Shown: piece after piece, positions 38,151-54,491 of the stretch
How positions within the stretch are numbered: the first letter of the stretch is position 1
Layout of the letters: every line of letters begins with the position of its first letter
NCBI GenBank assembly: GCA_951406725.2
Contig: OX597822.1
Location: forward strand, 30,008,001 to 30,072,000
DNA: 64,000 bases
Direction: 5' to 3'
From: Octopus vulgaris
Taxonomy: Eukaryota
The notes under the pieces: model-generated
The model's input: only the letters and a program-made list of their open reading frames with translations
Databases searched by the model: none
Told to the model about the DNA's origin: nothing
Program-made: the position numbers and the translations under genes

Positions 38151-41100
38151 TTTACGTACATACAAATATATATGAGTTGAAAACTATCTTTTAACATTTC
38201 ACTTAACGTCTATGTTCCATACTGGCACGGGTTGGAGGGTTATTAATGTAGAAAGTTGGTATCTCAGCTATTAGCAGTTGAGGCCTGCGTAATCTGGACG
38301 GTGTTTATAAATTTCATTATTCTCTTTAACTCGGGCAACGCCGGGTATGTCTGCTAGTATGTGTGTGTGTGTGTCTGTGTGTGTGTATACACACACACAT
38401 TTATATGTATGTATGTATAATTGTATATATATATATAAATTTACTTGTATAGCTATGGTTTTCTCAAGAGAAAATTCGAGATTACAAATATTATACCAAA
38501 GAAACAAATCAGTAAGTTGCTGGTTTTATTCTCACTTTATAACTTGTCCATTGTCCTTGTTGATGCCGTTTTCGTTGCGGTCCTCGTTGTTTAGTTCCGT
38601 GTTAAACCTGCACAAAAAGGTCAGTGACCAAAGGCATTCAGCACACTGGAAACCAATTGTTGTTGTTGTAGTTGTTGTTGTTATCCTTCTTCTTCTTGTT
38701 CTTCTTCTTCTTGTTCTTGTGGTGTTGTTGTTGTTGTTGTTCTTCTTCTTCTCCCTCCCATCCCTCCTCCCCCTCCTCCCCCTCCTCCCCTCCACCACCC
38801 CTCCTTCTCCTCCTTCCCTTCTTCTTCTTCTTCTTCTTCTTCTTCTTCTTTTTTATCTTCTTCTTCTTCTTCTTCTCCTCCTCCTCCTCCTCCTTCTTCT
38901 TCTTCTTCTTCTTCTTCTTTTTCTCCTCCTCCTCCTCCTCCTCCGCCTCCATCTCCATCTTCTTCCATGAGATCTCTTTTTAAGAAATTTAGATAGGATG
39001 ACCGCTGCTGCAAATAAGACTTGAAATCAGGTCTCGAAATATACAGAACTTCTGGCATTATTAATACGTTTCCCTTGAGGCGGTGAGCTGACAGAATCGT
39101 TAGCACATCGGGCAAAATGCTTAGCAGCAGTTCTGAGTTCAAATTCTGCCGAGGTCGAATTTACCTTTTGTCTTTTCGGGGTCGAAGTAGGAGTTGAACA
39201 CTTGAGTCGATGCTCAACTCCTACTTATTCTGAAATTGCTGGCCTAGTGCCAAAACTTGAAGCCATTATTAAGATGTATCTTAAGGCGGCGAGATAGCAG
39301 AATCGTTAGCACGCCGGACAAAACGCTAAGCGGCATTTCGTCCGTCCTCATGTTCCGAGCTCAAATTCCACCGAGGTCGACTTGCCTTTCATCCTTTCAG
39401 GGTCGATAACATAAGTACCAGTTGAGTACTGGGTCGATGTAATCGACTTAACACCCACACAAAAATTGCTGGCCTTGTGCCAAAATTTGAAATCATTATT
39501 GATAAGCACCTTTAATTTGTACGAAAACAAATTTGTAGTGGCTTTGACTATATATTTTTAAAAAATCGATCCTATTTCATGTTTCTTCTACTCATTTACT
39601 GGTTTCACTCATTGAACTACGGCCATGCTAGAGCACCATATTTAAGTGTTAGTATTTATTTCAGTCTAATACTTAATTCATCTCTCTCTCTCTGTTTGTC
39701 GGGCTGCTACAATCATAAAAACAAACAAGGCTTCTTTTTCGAAGTGAGCGTCTTAACTACACCACCACGTCTAAGTAACTGTTTACGCTGTATCGATCAA
39801 ACTAATATTATTCATTTAATAATTTAAATATCTATCTTCATCTCCTTTTTTTTTTCATTTTACCCTAGATTTTCGCCTTATAGGAACAGATCAAATTCTG
39901 TTGACGTTTTAAACTACGTAAGGAAATTTGGTAAGTATTCATTGCTTTAAGCCCTTTTCTTCTATTTGCTGGTTTTCCTGTTACTCAAGTTAATAAATCC
40001 CACCATGCTTATGTATTCATATCGACAAATACATGCATAGAAACACATGTACAACAAAGCGACAATGCATATAGGTTGTATTGAAAATACGTGTGTTTTC
40101 ATTTCTCTAAAGCTTTCTTTTTATATTTTCGTATGTGTTCTTTGGCGTTTCATTTGTAGTCCATCGCAACGTTTCTAAAACTTCGCGGTCTCATCTTCTG
40201 GACTGAGTAATTTTGGCAGATGCTTCATAGCGGAGAGAGCTAATAAACAGTACGTACAATGCCTTGCACTAAACCCAAAACTATCCGTAATAATCTGGAA
40301 AACGCACAAATTAAAAACTTCGTTATGAATAACAAACCAAAAGGCTATAAACCTGAGAACACTATATGATAAATTTGAATTATATATTTGAGTACAAATT
40401 AGAAAGATGTAAACTTCACGACTACAACTAAAACACTTTCCTGCCAGTTCATTACGTACTTTCAACAAAGACCAATTGCATTGCGCTACATCGCACACCA
40501 GTAACATGTCACTATTATATAGAATTTCTCCACAAGCTTTGTCGTTTAGTTATGAAAGTAATACTCAAGGCACAGTGCCATATTAAAATAATAAGCACAG
40601 ATAATATAAACTAAAGTGCAGGCATGGTTGTGTAGGTAAGAATCTCGCTTTGCAATGTGGTTTCGGGTTCGGTCCAAGATCACGGGATCAATGCTTTGTG
40701 AGGTGAGTGAATTTGCTAGACAGAAACTATATGAGAGCTAAATGTGTGCATATTCACCTATATAGGCATCTGTATGAGAAGCCAATCTTTGTTTGTATTT
40801 ATTTATGTATGTGTGTATGAATGTATGTATGTATGTATGTATGTATGTATGTATGTATGTATGTATGTATGTATGTATGTATGTATGTATGTATGTACGT
40901 GTGCGTGTATGTGCATGCATGTATGTAGGTATATATGCATGTATGTATGCATGTATGTATGTATGAGTGTCCGTTTTGGTTCCTCTTCCACCACTTAACT
41001 AACGGTGTTGGTTTGTTTATGTCCCTGTAACCTAGTGGTTCGGCAAAAAAAAAGTAAAAGAAAATACCTATAGATCAAGTACCAAACTTAAAAAATAAAA

Positions 41101-41193
41101 CCTAGGGTTAGTTTGTTCGGCTAAAACCCCTCAACGCAATGCCCCAGCATGAACCCAGTTCAATGACTGAAACAATTATAAGATAATCACACA

Positions 41194-41229
<36 letters not shown>

Positions 41230-42361
41230 AACCCCGGATAATTCCTCACTGTTGATGTGTAAATTAAAGGCTCAATAATTCAATAATTCAAATTTGTTGG
41301 TATTGTCAAAACCAGTGGTTCTCAATCGGGGCCCACATGGCTCCATGTAAGATTATTGGGGGTTCATGCAACAAAACAGTAAATTGGGTATCAACAATAG
41401 TATTTTAAAGGCCCCTGAAAATATTTTGCGTTCGATGCATGTATTGGTATTTATTGCGAGAAACAACTAGGTTTCTTTCTCTAACATTTTACATTGTTCG
41501 ATCTACACAAAATGTGGAAAACAAAATAGGAATTTCGAAAGAAGTTTCTATAAACTTAGTCTTTGAACATCGAATGTCTATGGGGGCCCACCAGAATAAA
41601 ATAATAATCAAAGGGGTCCATAGATAAAAACTGGTTGAGAACCTTGGGTGAAAATCTAAACTAAGATAATAAATTCACATTTAAAACAATAATAATTGAT
41701 GCATTTGGTTTTGAGGGTAAACTGGAAAAGCTGGGGCTTTCTTGTACCTTTGTTAGGTACCATCTTCTTCTTTACAAGATGTTAACAAAATCTTGTAAGC
41801 AATAAGGGGTCCATAGATAAAAAAAGTCGTTGAGGACTCCTGGGCTAGACCAATCACACTGGGAATAGGCAGTGCCTTATTATTTCTTTATTGCCTACAA
41901 GGGGCTAAACATAGAAGGGACAGCCAAGGACAAAGGGATTATGTCAATTACATCGACCCCAGTGCGTAACTGGTACTTTTAATCGACCCCAAAAGGATAA
42001 AAAGCAAAGTCGACCTCGGCGGAATTTGATCTTAGAACGTAACGGCGGGCGAAATACCTATTTCTTTACTACCCACAAGTGGCTGGAAAGCACTCAAGAG
42101 AGTATTAAAAGAGCATTAACTAAATAAACTTACTAACATAAGTTTTTTTAATATTCTGCTCATTGGCGACGGTCTATTTTAATTTGTACTTATTTCCCTT
42201 ACTCCATTCTTGCCTTCAAAAGCGAAACAGAGTTGTCTCCCATACTTGCAGATGAAATTACGCATATTTTGTTTCTCTACGTACCGTAAATATCGGCAAC
42301 ACATTTTCGTTGTATGTTTACATGCATAAGTATATGTATATACATGTATGTCTGTGTATGC

Positions 42362-42442
<81 letters not shown>

Positions 42443-42463
42443 CCTACCTACCTACCTACCTAC

Positions 42464-42505
<42 letters not shown>

Positions 42506-42620
42506 GTGTCTGCCTGCCTGTCTGTCTGCCTGCCTGTCTGTCTGCCTGCCTGTCTGTCTGCCTGTCTGTCTGTCTGTCTGTCGGTCTGTCTGCCTGCCTG
42601 TCTGTCTGCCTACCTGTCTG

Positions 42621-42697
<77 letters not shown>

Positions 42698-43128
42698 TTA
42701 TCCGTGCATATGTGTGCATATATATATATAAATATCTGGATGAACACACACGCACACAGAGTTGGCCCAAATGACACCACGGTCATTCCAGCAGACATGC
42801 TCATACTTGTAATATGACCTAAAATTGTAATATGATCTCAAAAGGTATTTAAATATCCACAAATCAGACGAAACAAGCAACACTGTACCACTTGAGGTGA
42901 AACATATTTGTACTGCTCTAGACGAGAATTTGAAACAGCTCTCTGTCACAAAGGTCACTTACGTACACAAGCACGAAAGGAGATCTTACAAGAAGTGGTC
43001 AAGCTTTGAATATGTGCAGACTACCCTGTCCGTCTGTCTGCCTGCCTGTATGTCTGTCTGTCTCTGTCTATGCCTGCTTGTCTGTCTGTCTGCCTCTCTC
43101 GCTGTCTCTTTCTTTCTCTCTCTTTCTT

Positions 43129-43219
<91 letters not shown>

Positions 43220-44984
43220 AGGCACAATGGTCCAGTGGTTAGGGCAGCGGACTCGCGGTTTCGATTCCAAGACCGGGCGTTGTGAGTGTTTATTGAGCGA
43301 AATCACCTAAGGTTCCACGATTCTCCGGCAGTGGGTGGTGGCGATCCCCGTTGTACTCTTTCGCCGCAATTTTCTCTCACTCTTCTGCTAGCGGGGTGGC
43401 GTCATTTGAAGGCTAATGGAATGCGAAGCGCATTGTGATCAGCGATGTCTAGCAACATCTGATAGCCCGGTCGGTCACGTGATATATATATATATATATA
43501 TATGTACTATTAAAAAAGATGAAGTTCTTTTCTCTACAGAAAAGAATTCCATCAGGAAGTGTGGCAGTATATTAAAAGAACCTTTACGGTTAAAAATTAT
43601 AAATATCTTATAAGCAAGGGCTAAATAAGATTATTCTAAAGCCAACATACTGATATTCCACATTTAATCCGCTTGCTACAGAAAATTGAACTGAAATTCG
43701 GGCAACTAACCATTGGAACGTTTAAATTTCATTATCTCAATATTGAATCAATTTCGGAATTAACCACATAAGGGTTTGTTCTTCATCAGTTAAGCTTACG
43801 AGATAATATAACTAAGCTACTTACATACTTATGGAGACAGCCGAAGCGAATAACACAGGTACATCTAAGTAACTCAATTATATCTAAAAATAAAAATTCT
43901 TAGGTCAGTCTCAGGACAACATGTTGACTTCCCGCCGTTACATATTGTAGTGGTTACAAGTCCCAAGTTTAACAAAAGAATGTATTATATTTCAGAAAAA
44001 AGAAACAAAGTGGACCTTGCTGAAAGAATGTCAATATATTCATTGAAATTACCTACCAAATTACTTAGCACTAAAAGACCGCGGTAATTTTGTTCTAATT
44101 TTTTTCTTCGTTTTTAAAACTTTTGTTATTTATTATTCTATTAGTTTCTTTTGACTAGTGCTTCTGGTGTAAAATTTGTAGCCTGAGTTGCGACTGATCG
44201 TATTGTTTCTATTCATTAGGCTTCGTAGGGATTATATAATATTTTGTAATGGTTAAATCATGATGTAGGTATATATATTATAGTTTTGTCAGGGAAATAA
44301 TGCAAGTGAGGTGAAATTTTATCCACTAATTAAGAACTGAATCAGTGTATATAGTGCTTATTTACCGACAGCTTATCTGTTATGCAATGACACCTTATCT
44401 GTCGTGCAATGAGACCGTCCAGATATAAGATTATTTTGACTCCACTTTGATTTATTGTGATCAGATTTATAATTCGTGACCAAGATTTAAATTTAGTGAA
44501 TCCCTAAGCTATAAAATAGCTGGAGGTCTCTTATAAGAAAATTACACTAAATGATCTAACAGATATTAGAAACGTTTATGCCTTTGAATTTTTTAAACCA
44601 CCGTTCCATTTTCTAAGTCATAAGCTGGAGATTATTTAGCTTATGTCTCAACATGGTAGTGGCTGTGATAGACATTGTTTCTCCAAGGGCATTTGTTACA
44701 AAAAGAAAATCGAAGTTATTTCAACTGTGTATCGCAACTGAGCTACGTGGTCATAGCCTCGACTTGTCAAAAGCTTCTTGCGTTCGAGTTTCCGATATAC
44801 ATGTTAGCTTTTCTATTAATTAGGCGTAGGAGTGGCTGTGTGGTAAGTAGCTTGCTTATCAACCACATGGTTCTTGGTTCAGTCCTATTGCGTGGCACCT
44901 TGGGCAAGTGTCTTCTACAATAGCCTCGGGCCGACCTAAGACTTGTGAGTGGATTTGGTAGACGGAAACTGAAAGAAGCCCGTC

Positions 44985-45030
<46 letters not shown>

Positions 45031-46203
45031 GTGTGTGTGTCTGTGTGTGTGTGTGTGTTTGTGTCTGTGTTTGTCTCCCCAACATCGCTTGACAACCGAT
45101 GCTATGTGTTTGCGTCCCCGTAACTTAACGGTTCGGCAAAAGGGACCGATAGAATAAGTACTAGGCTTACAAAGAATAAGTCCTGAGGGCGATTTGCACG
45201 ACTAAAGGCGGTGCTCCAGCATGGCCACAATCAAATACCTGAAACAAGTAAAAAAGTAAGGAGTAAAAGAGTAATTAAAGATTCACATTGATAAGGTAGT
45301 GGAATTAGTGGTTGAAATATTCGGTTCACGATCTTGCGATTGTGAGTTCGATTCCTGTCGGTGTGTTGTGTCCTTGAGCAAGACATTTTATTTCCGTTTG
45401 CTCCAGTCCACTCACCTGGCAAAAGCGAGTTATACCTGTAATTCAAAAAGGGCCAACCGTGTAACATTCTGTGTCATGCTGAATTTCCCTGCGAACTACG
45501 CTAACGGTACGCGTATCTGTGGAGAGGCTCAGCCACTTGTACGTTAATTTCACGAGAAGGCTGTTCCGTTGATCAGATCAGATCAGCTGAAACACTCGTC
45601 GTCGTAAACGACAGAATGCCTGGATAGGTAGGAGGAGCAGTTAGAGAATGGCAACATAAAGCAAATTAATAAGATGCAGCAAAATATCAAAATTTCATGG
45701 CATGTTCAAAGCTGTAGTTTAATAATTCCTGTACGATATTTGCCGATTCTAGTATGATCAAAAAAGGATATGATGAATGCCAGTGTGACTCTCTCTATTT
45801 TATTTTTTTTTATTTGCTTCAGTCATTTGACTGCGACAATGCTGGAGCACCGCCTTTAGTCGAACAAATCAAATCAAATCTTTTGCCGAACCAGGGACGT
45901 AAATAAACCAACATCGGTTATCAAGCGATGGTGGTGGGGGTTGGGCAAACACACACACACCAATACATACATACATTCATATATATATATATATACATAC
46001 ATTCATATATAAACATACATACATTCATATATATATATATAACAATTTTTTTATATATATAACAATTTTTTGCGTAATGAGATAAAAAACCAAGGTGGTG
46101 TTGATATTAGAACATTTATAAATAGAAAGGTCTTACAGCTGTTTCCAGAATATTTATTAATTATATCCCTTCATCGGAGGCGGTGTGAGAGGATGGTTAA
46201 GTA

Positions 46204-46267
<64 letters not shown>

Positions 46268-47334
46268 ATATGTACGATGGGCTTCTTTCAGTTTCCGTCT
46301 ATCAAATCCACCCACGAGGCTTTGGTCGACTCGAGGCTATAGTAGAAGACACTCGCCCAAGGTGTCACGCAGTGGGACTGAACCGGGAACCATGTGGTTG
46401 GGAAGCAAGCTTCTTACCACAGTGTCACGCCTGCGACTATGTGAATAACTATGATTTCATATTTAATTACACCTGATATAATTTTATAATGCCAGAAATG
46501 AGAAAGCATATCACGGGTGCATCACTGTCAGAGATTTGCGTAATAGAAAAAAATAAAACAAATCAAAAAATACATGTTGTTACTTTGTTTAAAGGTATTT
46601 CTCACTAATTTCCTAACTGTAATGGAAACGGTCTGCACCTCTTTATAGATTTATTAATGTGTTATTTCATCATTGTGTTATTCAAGAAAGAGTTATCTCC
46701 CTTCTCAACACAATAAATTGCGCCCGTAACTGTTTTATTAATATGCTCTATGGCGTATTGCATGGTTATTGTATCTATTATTTCATTTCCAGGGTAATGA
46801 CAAAGCGATTATCAAATATCGAAGCAGAACATTTAGCATGTGAATTGACTTACATAAATAAGATACTTCTGTTGAAAGTAAGGATAGATGATATACAAAG
46901 TATAAACTCACAATGTATTTCAGAGGTAAGATTCGGCGGTTTTTTGCATCGCTATACTAACTGCAAAACTTGTCTGGTAATATATGAAAAAAAATTGTAG
47001 AGATTAAGTCACAAAATGGCGATAACATTCACTTAAATATTTGACACGAAAAAATTAACACTTTCATGTATAGATGCTCATGTGTATGAATATAAATACT
47101 TACATACTGATAGATAGACAGACAGAAACATAGAGATACAAGCGCATGTGTTTATGTATTTTGTGGCACAAAGACCCTAAAAATATTCAATACTCTCCTT
47201 TCTTTGAAGAGTAGAATCTGATAAGTTTGTCAATCATGAAATGAAAGGATTACAAAATCAAACGAAAGGTTTGAACATTACGGTTGACTTTATTCAGTGG
47301 ATTGAAGGGAAATAGCAATTCATACATACACATC

Positions 47335-47366
<32 letters not shown>

Positions 47367-50300
47367 TGTATGTATGTATGTATGTATGTATGTATGTATG
47401 TATGTATGTATGTATGTATGCATGCATGCATGCATGTATGTATGTATGTATGTATGTATGTATGTATGTATGTATGTATGCATGTATGTATGTATGTATG
47501 CAGGTATGTATGCATGTATGTATGCATGTATGTATGCATACATGTATGTATGCATGTATGTATGTATGTATGCATGCATGCATGCATGTATGTATGTATG
47601 CATGTATGTATGCATGTATGTATGTATGTATGTATGTATGTATGTATGTATGTATGCATATATGTATATATGTATATATATGCGGCGTATATATATATGT
47701 TTATATGTATATATATGCGGCGTATATATATATATTCGTCCGGAATGTTCTGAGCCTTTTTTAATATGCAAAAAAGGGATATAAATAATTGACCTTTGAA
47801 TAAATTTTATTCAATGAAATAATTTACATTATTATTAATGACCTTTGTCCATCGATAAGGTAACTTAAATATCCAATCAGCATACAATTTGACTAGTTTT
47901 GAAGAAAAAAAAGGTATCTTGATGCATTTTGACCCCATCTAAATCGTTAAATGTTTTCCCCTGCAATGAGTTCTGTAGAGAAAAAAAATCAAGTGATAAT
48001 CAGATGGCGCAATATCAGGAGAATATGGTGGATGGAAAAAGGGATCCCAGTCAAGTTTATGCAACTTTGTCCGGGTAGCCAAAGACACGTGTGGTCGGGC
48101 ATTTTCTTGTTAGAAAACTACTCCTTTCCTGTTGGTAATACCCAGCCTCAATTTGATATTTTGTTTTAGATTAGCCAGCTGACGACAGTACACATCAAAA
48201 TTAATGGCCTGATTTTGTGGGAGAAGCACATAATTAATAATGCCTTTATGATCCGACCAAATACAAAGTATAGCTTTTTTGGCATAGATATTCGTCTTTG
48301 GTTTCTGTTTTGGGGGATCGTTACGCAAACTCCAAGATATTTTCGCACAACGTTTTCTTACACAATCCATTTTTCATCTCCAGTCACAAGTTGTTAAAAG
48401 AAGGCATGCTTTCATTCCGTTTCCAAAGGGTATCACAAACGGAATACCGGTCAAAGCAATTCTATTCTAAGAGTTTGTGAGGGACCCACGCATTATAGCA
48501 AAAAATTTATCCTGGCTTCACTTGGTGTTCATAAGCCGTACCTTTAGAAACTTCCAACTCTTTTGCAAGTTCTCTAGTCAAGACTCTTCAGTTCTCTCTG
48601 CATTGTACTGCATGTATATAATCAACCAGGCTCATGTTTGCAGTTCCTTCTTCGATGTCGTCAAGTCCACGAACATCTTTGACGGTCTCTTGCTCTGTTC
48701 CCCTCCTCCCCTCCATAATTCCTGTCAGTATGTCTTGGACAGTGACACGTGGTACAGTGACACAAGACAACTTTGTGAACGAAATTCTCGACAGTATGTG
48801 TCTTTGCGCTGACCATATTTCTTGCTCTGCAGCGTTTGTTACATTGTCTTTACTGATTCTGCCCAGTCTGCGAAAAGATACACATCTCATAGATAACAAA
48901 ATATTAAAAGCGTATAAACAGACGTTCCATGAATCTAATTATTTCAGCAATATGTGAAATTGTGGAGGCGTGTGGCTTAGTCGTTAGGGTGTCAGCATCA
49001 TGACCGTAAGATTGTGGTTTCGATTCCTGGACCGGTCGACGCGTTGAGTTCTTGAGCTAAACACTTCATTTCACATTGCTTCAGTCCACTCAGCTGGCAA
49101 AAATGAGTAACGTTGCGATGGACTGGCGTCCGTACAGCTGGGGAACGCATACGCGATTGAAACCGGGAAACCGGGCCCATGAGCCTGGTCAGGATTTAAA
49201 AGGGCGCATTTATTATATTTATAATATGTGAAATTAGAAAAAGACTTAGATGAAGCGTCTCTCTCTCTCTCTCCCTCTCTCTTGCGCCCGCCAACACCGT
49301 GATGCTTTCTGTTTCTCTTTTATGTGCAGATGTATGCAAATAACAGTCTGGTAATATGGATGACGTTCTCAGAACAAATGAGGAATATGGTTGTTGCAGA
49401 AGTGGTCACTCAAAAAGATATGCTCGATAGATTGCAAGCCATGCGCTATTTCATGAAGGTAAAAATCTGAGGAAGTGTTTATCTCGCTCACACTTATATA
49501 TATATACATACATACATACATACATACATACATACACACACACATACATACATACATACATACATACATACATACATACATACATACATACATACATGGA
49601 TGCATAAATACATACATACATACATACATGGATGCATTGATAAATATATTCATACATACATACATTCATACATACATATATTCATATACACGCATACATA
49701 CATACATACAAGCATACATACATACATACATGCATGCATACATGCATATATATACATTTTACATACACACATACCAACATATACACATACATACACAGAT
49801 ACATACATACCTACATACGCACATACACACATACACATATGTACATATATATACACACATACACACACACATGCACACATACATACACGCAAACATACAT
49901 ACATGCATACACACACACACACACACACACACATATTTTACTTGTTTCAGGTATTTGACTATAGACATCTTGAGGCAAGCTGAGACATGACTAAAACTCT
50001 TGAAAGGTTTTAGTCGAACAAATCGACCCCAGGACTTAATTTTTTATGCCTAGTACTTATTCTATCGGGTGCTTTTTCCGAACCACTAAGTTACGGGGAC
50101 GTAAACCCATCAACACCGGTTGTCAAGCAGTGGAGGGGGACAAACACAGACACAATGATACACACTTAGATATATGCATATGATATATGCGATAGGTTTC
50201 TTTCAGTTTCCTTTTACCAAATTCACTCACAAAGCTTTGGTCGGCCCAAGGATAAAGTAGAAGAGACTTGCCTAAGTTGTCACACAGTGGGACTGAACGC

Positions 50301-53300
50301 AGAACCATGTGGTTGGGAAGTAAGCTTCTTACTACACAGCCAAACATACATACACCATACATAGATGATTATTTATACTCTAGGCACAAGGCTTTGAAAA
50401 TTTTGGGGGAAGGGGCCTAGTCGATTATATCGACCCCAGTGCGTAACTGGTACTTATTTAATCGACCTCGAAAGGATGAAAGGCAAAGTCGACCTCGGCG
50501 GAATTTGAACTCAGAACATAGCGGCAGACGAAATACAGCGAAGCATTTCGCCCGGCGTGCTAACGTTTCTGCCAGCTCACCGCCTTACAATATACATAGA
50601 TAATGAAGTGCACATCGTAGTTAAGCAATGTGCTGGACTTCCCTAAAAACGCCGGTACATAGGAAGTATGCTTTGTATTCTTTCCACCAGGGATTTACTT
50701 TTAATTAATAGTTTCCAATTTAATATCGGTGCTAAACTTTAAGTGAGACATCTTTGACAGTAGGTTTGAAACTTTGGGATCAATGGCCTAATTGTTGCAA
50801 AGCAATATATTTTTATTTACTGAACTTTAGTTATTTAGTGTTGTTACGGATATACAAGGGTTTCATTTCTTCAGGCACGCAATTAAATAAATCAAGTATA
50901 TTTATTTATGAAAATATTAGCAAATTCTTAGAATATTTCTTCGGGCATCTTGGGCAAGTGGCTTCTACTATAGCTTCGGGCAGACCAAAGCCTTGTGAGT
51001 GGGCTTGGTAGACGGAAACTGAAAAAAGCCCGTCGTATATATATACTTGTGTGTGTGTCTGTGTGTGTGTATACGTCTGTGTTTGTCCCCCCCCCCAACA
51101 TTGCTTCACAATTTCTGACAACCGATGCTGGTGTATTTACGTCCCCATAACTTAGCGGTTCAACAAAAGAGTTCGATAGAATAAGTACTAGACTTATAAA
51201 GAATAAGTCCTGGGGTCAATTTGCTCGACTAAAGGTGGTGTTCCAGCATGGCCGCAGTCAAATGACAAGCGAGTAAAAGAGTAAAAGAGTATGTATGATA
51301 TCTTAAAACAGAAAATACAATTCAAAATAAAAAAAAAAATTGCACGCACAAAGCAAAAGAAACAAAAAGAGAAAAGAAAGGAGAAAGTGAAAGAAAAACC
51401 GTTTATGTATTTGCTTTGCAAGACATCTGATGTGAAATAGTTGTGTCGAAACAGATATTGTTATATTTGGGGATGGTCATTTTTTGCCATTTAAACGCAT
51501 TTGTTCAGCTCTATTATTATAGTTTTGTTTCCGTGTGAAAGCTTTCGTCACACATCCCTGTGACCACTTCAACGACTCTTTATCCCAAGTGGCTCCTCTG
51601 TTTTTTTTTGCTTATTGGGATAAAGAGTCGCCGAAGACGTCACAGGATGTGTGTTAAACGAGTTTTAACAAAGAAACTAATACTCTTTTACTTGTTTCAG
51701 TCATTTGACTGCGGCCATGCTGGAGCACCGCCTTTAATCGAGCAACTCGACCCCGGGACTTATTCTTTTGTAAGCCCAGTACTTATTCTATCGGTCTCTT
51801 TTGCCGAACCGCTAAGTAACGGGGACATAAACACACTAACATCGGTTGTCACACACAAACACACATACGCATATATATATACATATATACGACGGGCTTC
51901 TTTCAGTTTCCGTCTACCAAATCCACTCACAAGGCTTTGGTCGGCCCGAGGCTATAGTAGAAGACACTTGCCCAAGGTGACACGCAGTGGGACTGAACCC
52001 GGAACCATGTGGTTGGAATAAATTTGAAGTAAATATCAAACATATAGAGCGTGTGTTTAATTGGCAAAATATGACCATCCCCAAGTATAACAAAATGAAT
52101 AAGAGAAAACAAAATTTACACACCCTATATAGAACAGTTTGTCTCAATTCGTACACCCAGCGGACAAAATTACCGAGACGTCGCCATGAAGAAAAGCAGG
52201 TGATATCCGCTGCATTAGCCACCCTACGTCATGGAGCGCCTTTTACAGGTGCGACACACCTTCGTCCAAATTTCATAGATGTGAGTGACAGAGTAGGAAC
52301 CGAAGTCATCGGTGATATCAAGAGAAACCAGTGCAGAAAGGAACTATTAGTTAATGACTGTCTATTGTTTTTTAAATATTTATCTCATGAACCTCAGTTT
52401 TGCAGACATATACTTTTGAGTGTTTGGCCTAATTAACAAAGTTGGTCCAAATAATTTGTCACAACTCATGACATGCCGATGAGTTAGTGTCAGAATGACT
52501 AAGCTTCGAATCATTCTTCCACTGAGGTCGACTTTGCCTTTCATCTTTTCAGAGTCGATAAAATAAGTACCAGTTGAGCACTGGGGTCGATCTAATCGGC
52601 TTATCCCCTCCCTCAAAATTGCTGGCCTTGTGCCAAAACTTGAAATCAGTATTTGTATTACATGATTCACTTAGATGCTAGGAAATACAGGAGAAACAAT
52701 TAAACTAGATAGTACGAATATGTCTTGTAAAAATGCAATAACATTGAAAATATTTTGATATTTTGATATTTCGACAGAAATTGTCTGATCATATTCGTGA
52801 TGCAGGGTCTTATAATTCATTTTAGTCGTAAGAGCAAGCAGCATTGTAACCTTATGAAGGCCTATTTGTCAATTTATAAGCGTAAAATAATAGAAATCAC
52901 TACCTAAAGGTACATTTTACTCTACTGCTTTCTGTTTAAAGAAAGGAATTGTTCTCATTGTGTGGTATCCTTTTACAATATGATGGACTGAGCCATTTGA
53001 AACACGAGCTTTCTTTTGTTGTTTCACGTCTACCTTCATAGAGTTATGAATGTAAGAATCCATATCAGAACTACACGCAAACAAAATACACATCGGCTGA
53101 GCGATCGTTGTTGCTGCTCTCTCCAACAAAATGTAAACCTCTCTGCGATATGTAATTCTACAACTTTAACTCAAAGAAAGAGTTGTTATTTCGAGAGAAA
53201 ATCGATGTCACACGAAAGTGGAAGCATCTTCGATAGTCTCGATTCTCTTAATGTGATCAGATGTTTATAAGACAGCAGCTGATCGAATGTTTCAGAGTTC

Positions 53301-53539
53301 CAATTGATTTTCGAAGATTTATTTTTTAATTGTTCGGATGATATAGTTTAAAGATTTAATTTGTAACGGATATAGTTGACATTTGGAAGACGACTAGGAT
53401 ATTCTTTGAGATTTTGTTGTTGTATACACTTAGGAGATGGAACACAAAGCAGAAGGTATCCGTTTCTGCCTGCCTGTCTGTCATTCACTTTCACACTTGC
53501 TCGATCTCTCTATCTGTGCGTGTATCCGCGGTGAGCTGC

Positions 53540-53584
<45 letters not shown>

Positions 53585-54124
53585 AATAGAGGTTACAAAC
53601 CTCATTCAGGGATAGCAAAATCCTATGGAAGTACTGGTTAGTTACCTATACAAAGAATGTTGAATATTACAGTTAATACTCACCTACAAAGTAACTCTAT
53701 AAACCGTGGTTTGTATATATTTATTTGTTATTATAAGATGAGAAAATTGAGAGGTAATTAATAAATTATTGTTTATTTATTTTTAAAAATTGATAAACAT
53801 CCCTTACAACTGTTTCAATTCCAGACCTTCAGAAAATTAATTAATAAAAAAAAAAAATTATTTAAAAGTTGAACCTCGTCAGAGGTAGTTTACTCAACAT
53901 GCAGGAATTGAACACCTATTTTGTATATTTTAAACTACCTCCGACGAGATTTGACTTCCAAATTATTTTAAATTTAATTAACTAATTTTCTGAAGGTCTG
54001 GAATTGAAACAGCTGTAAGGGATGTTTTTCAATTTTTAAAATTAATAAGCAATAATTTATCAATTACCTCTCTATTTTTTCATTTTATGATATATATATA
54101 TATGTGTGTATATATATATGTATA

Positions 54125-54184
<60 letters not shown>

Positions 54185-54430
54185 CCTAAATCTAGAGAGT
54201 AGCGTAACCATCAGTTATGTATGCTGTTAGTAACATTCTGATTTTTTTGTTTTATTTGAAGGTTGCCATTGTTTGTTGGAAGATACAAAACTTCAATACG
54301 ACAGCCAACATACTTTGTGCTTTTCACTCCCCAGCAATTTATAACGTGAAGAAAGCATGGGACTGGTTCAAGATGAAATATCCCTTCACATATCAGTACG
54401 TATTTTTACTGTTGCTAACCATATACACCA

Positions 54431-54491
<61 letters not shown>

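Noticed and set aside
38347-39142. Glu/Gly/Lys-rich ORFs resembling low-complexity proteins
   Set aside because: They derive from a (TTC)/(TCC)/(TTG) tract inside an intron; only 38453..38511 is supported as an exon.
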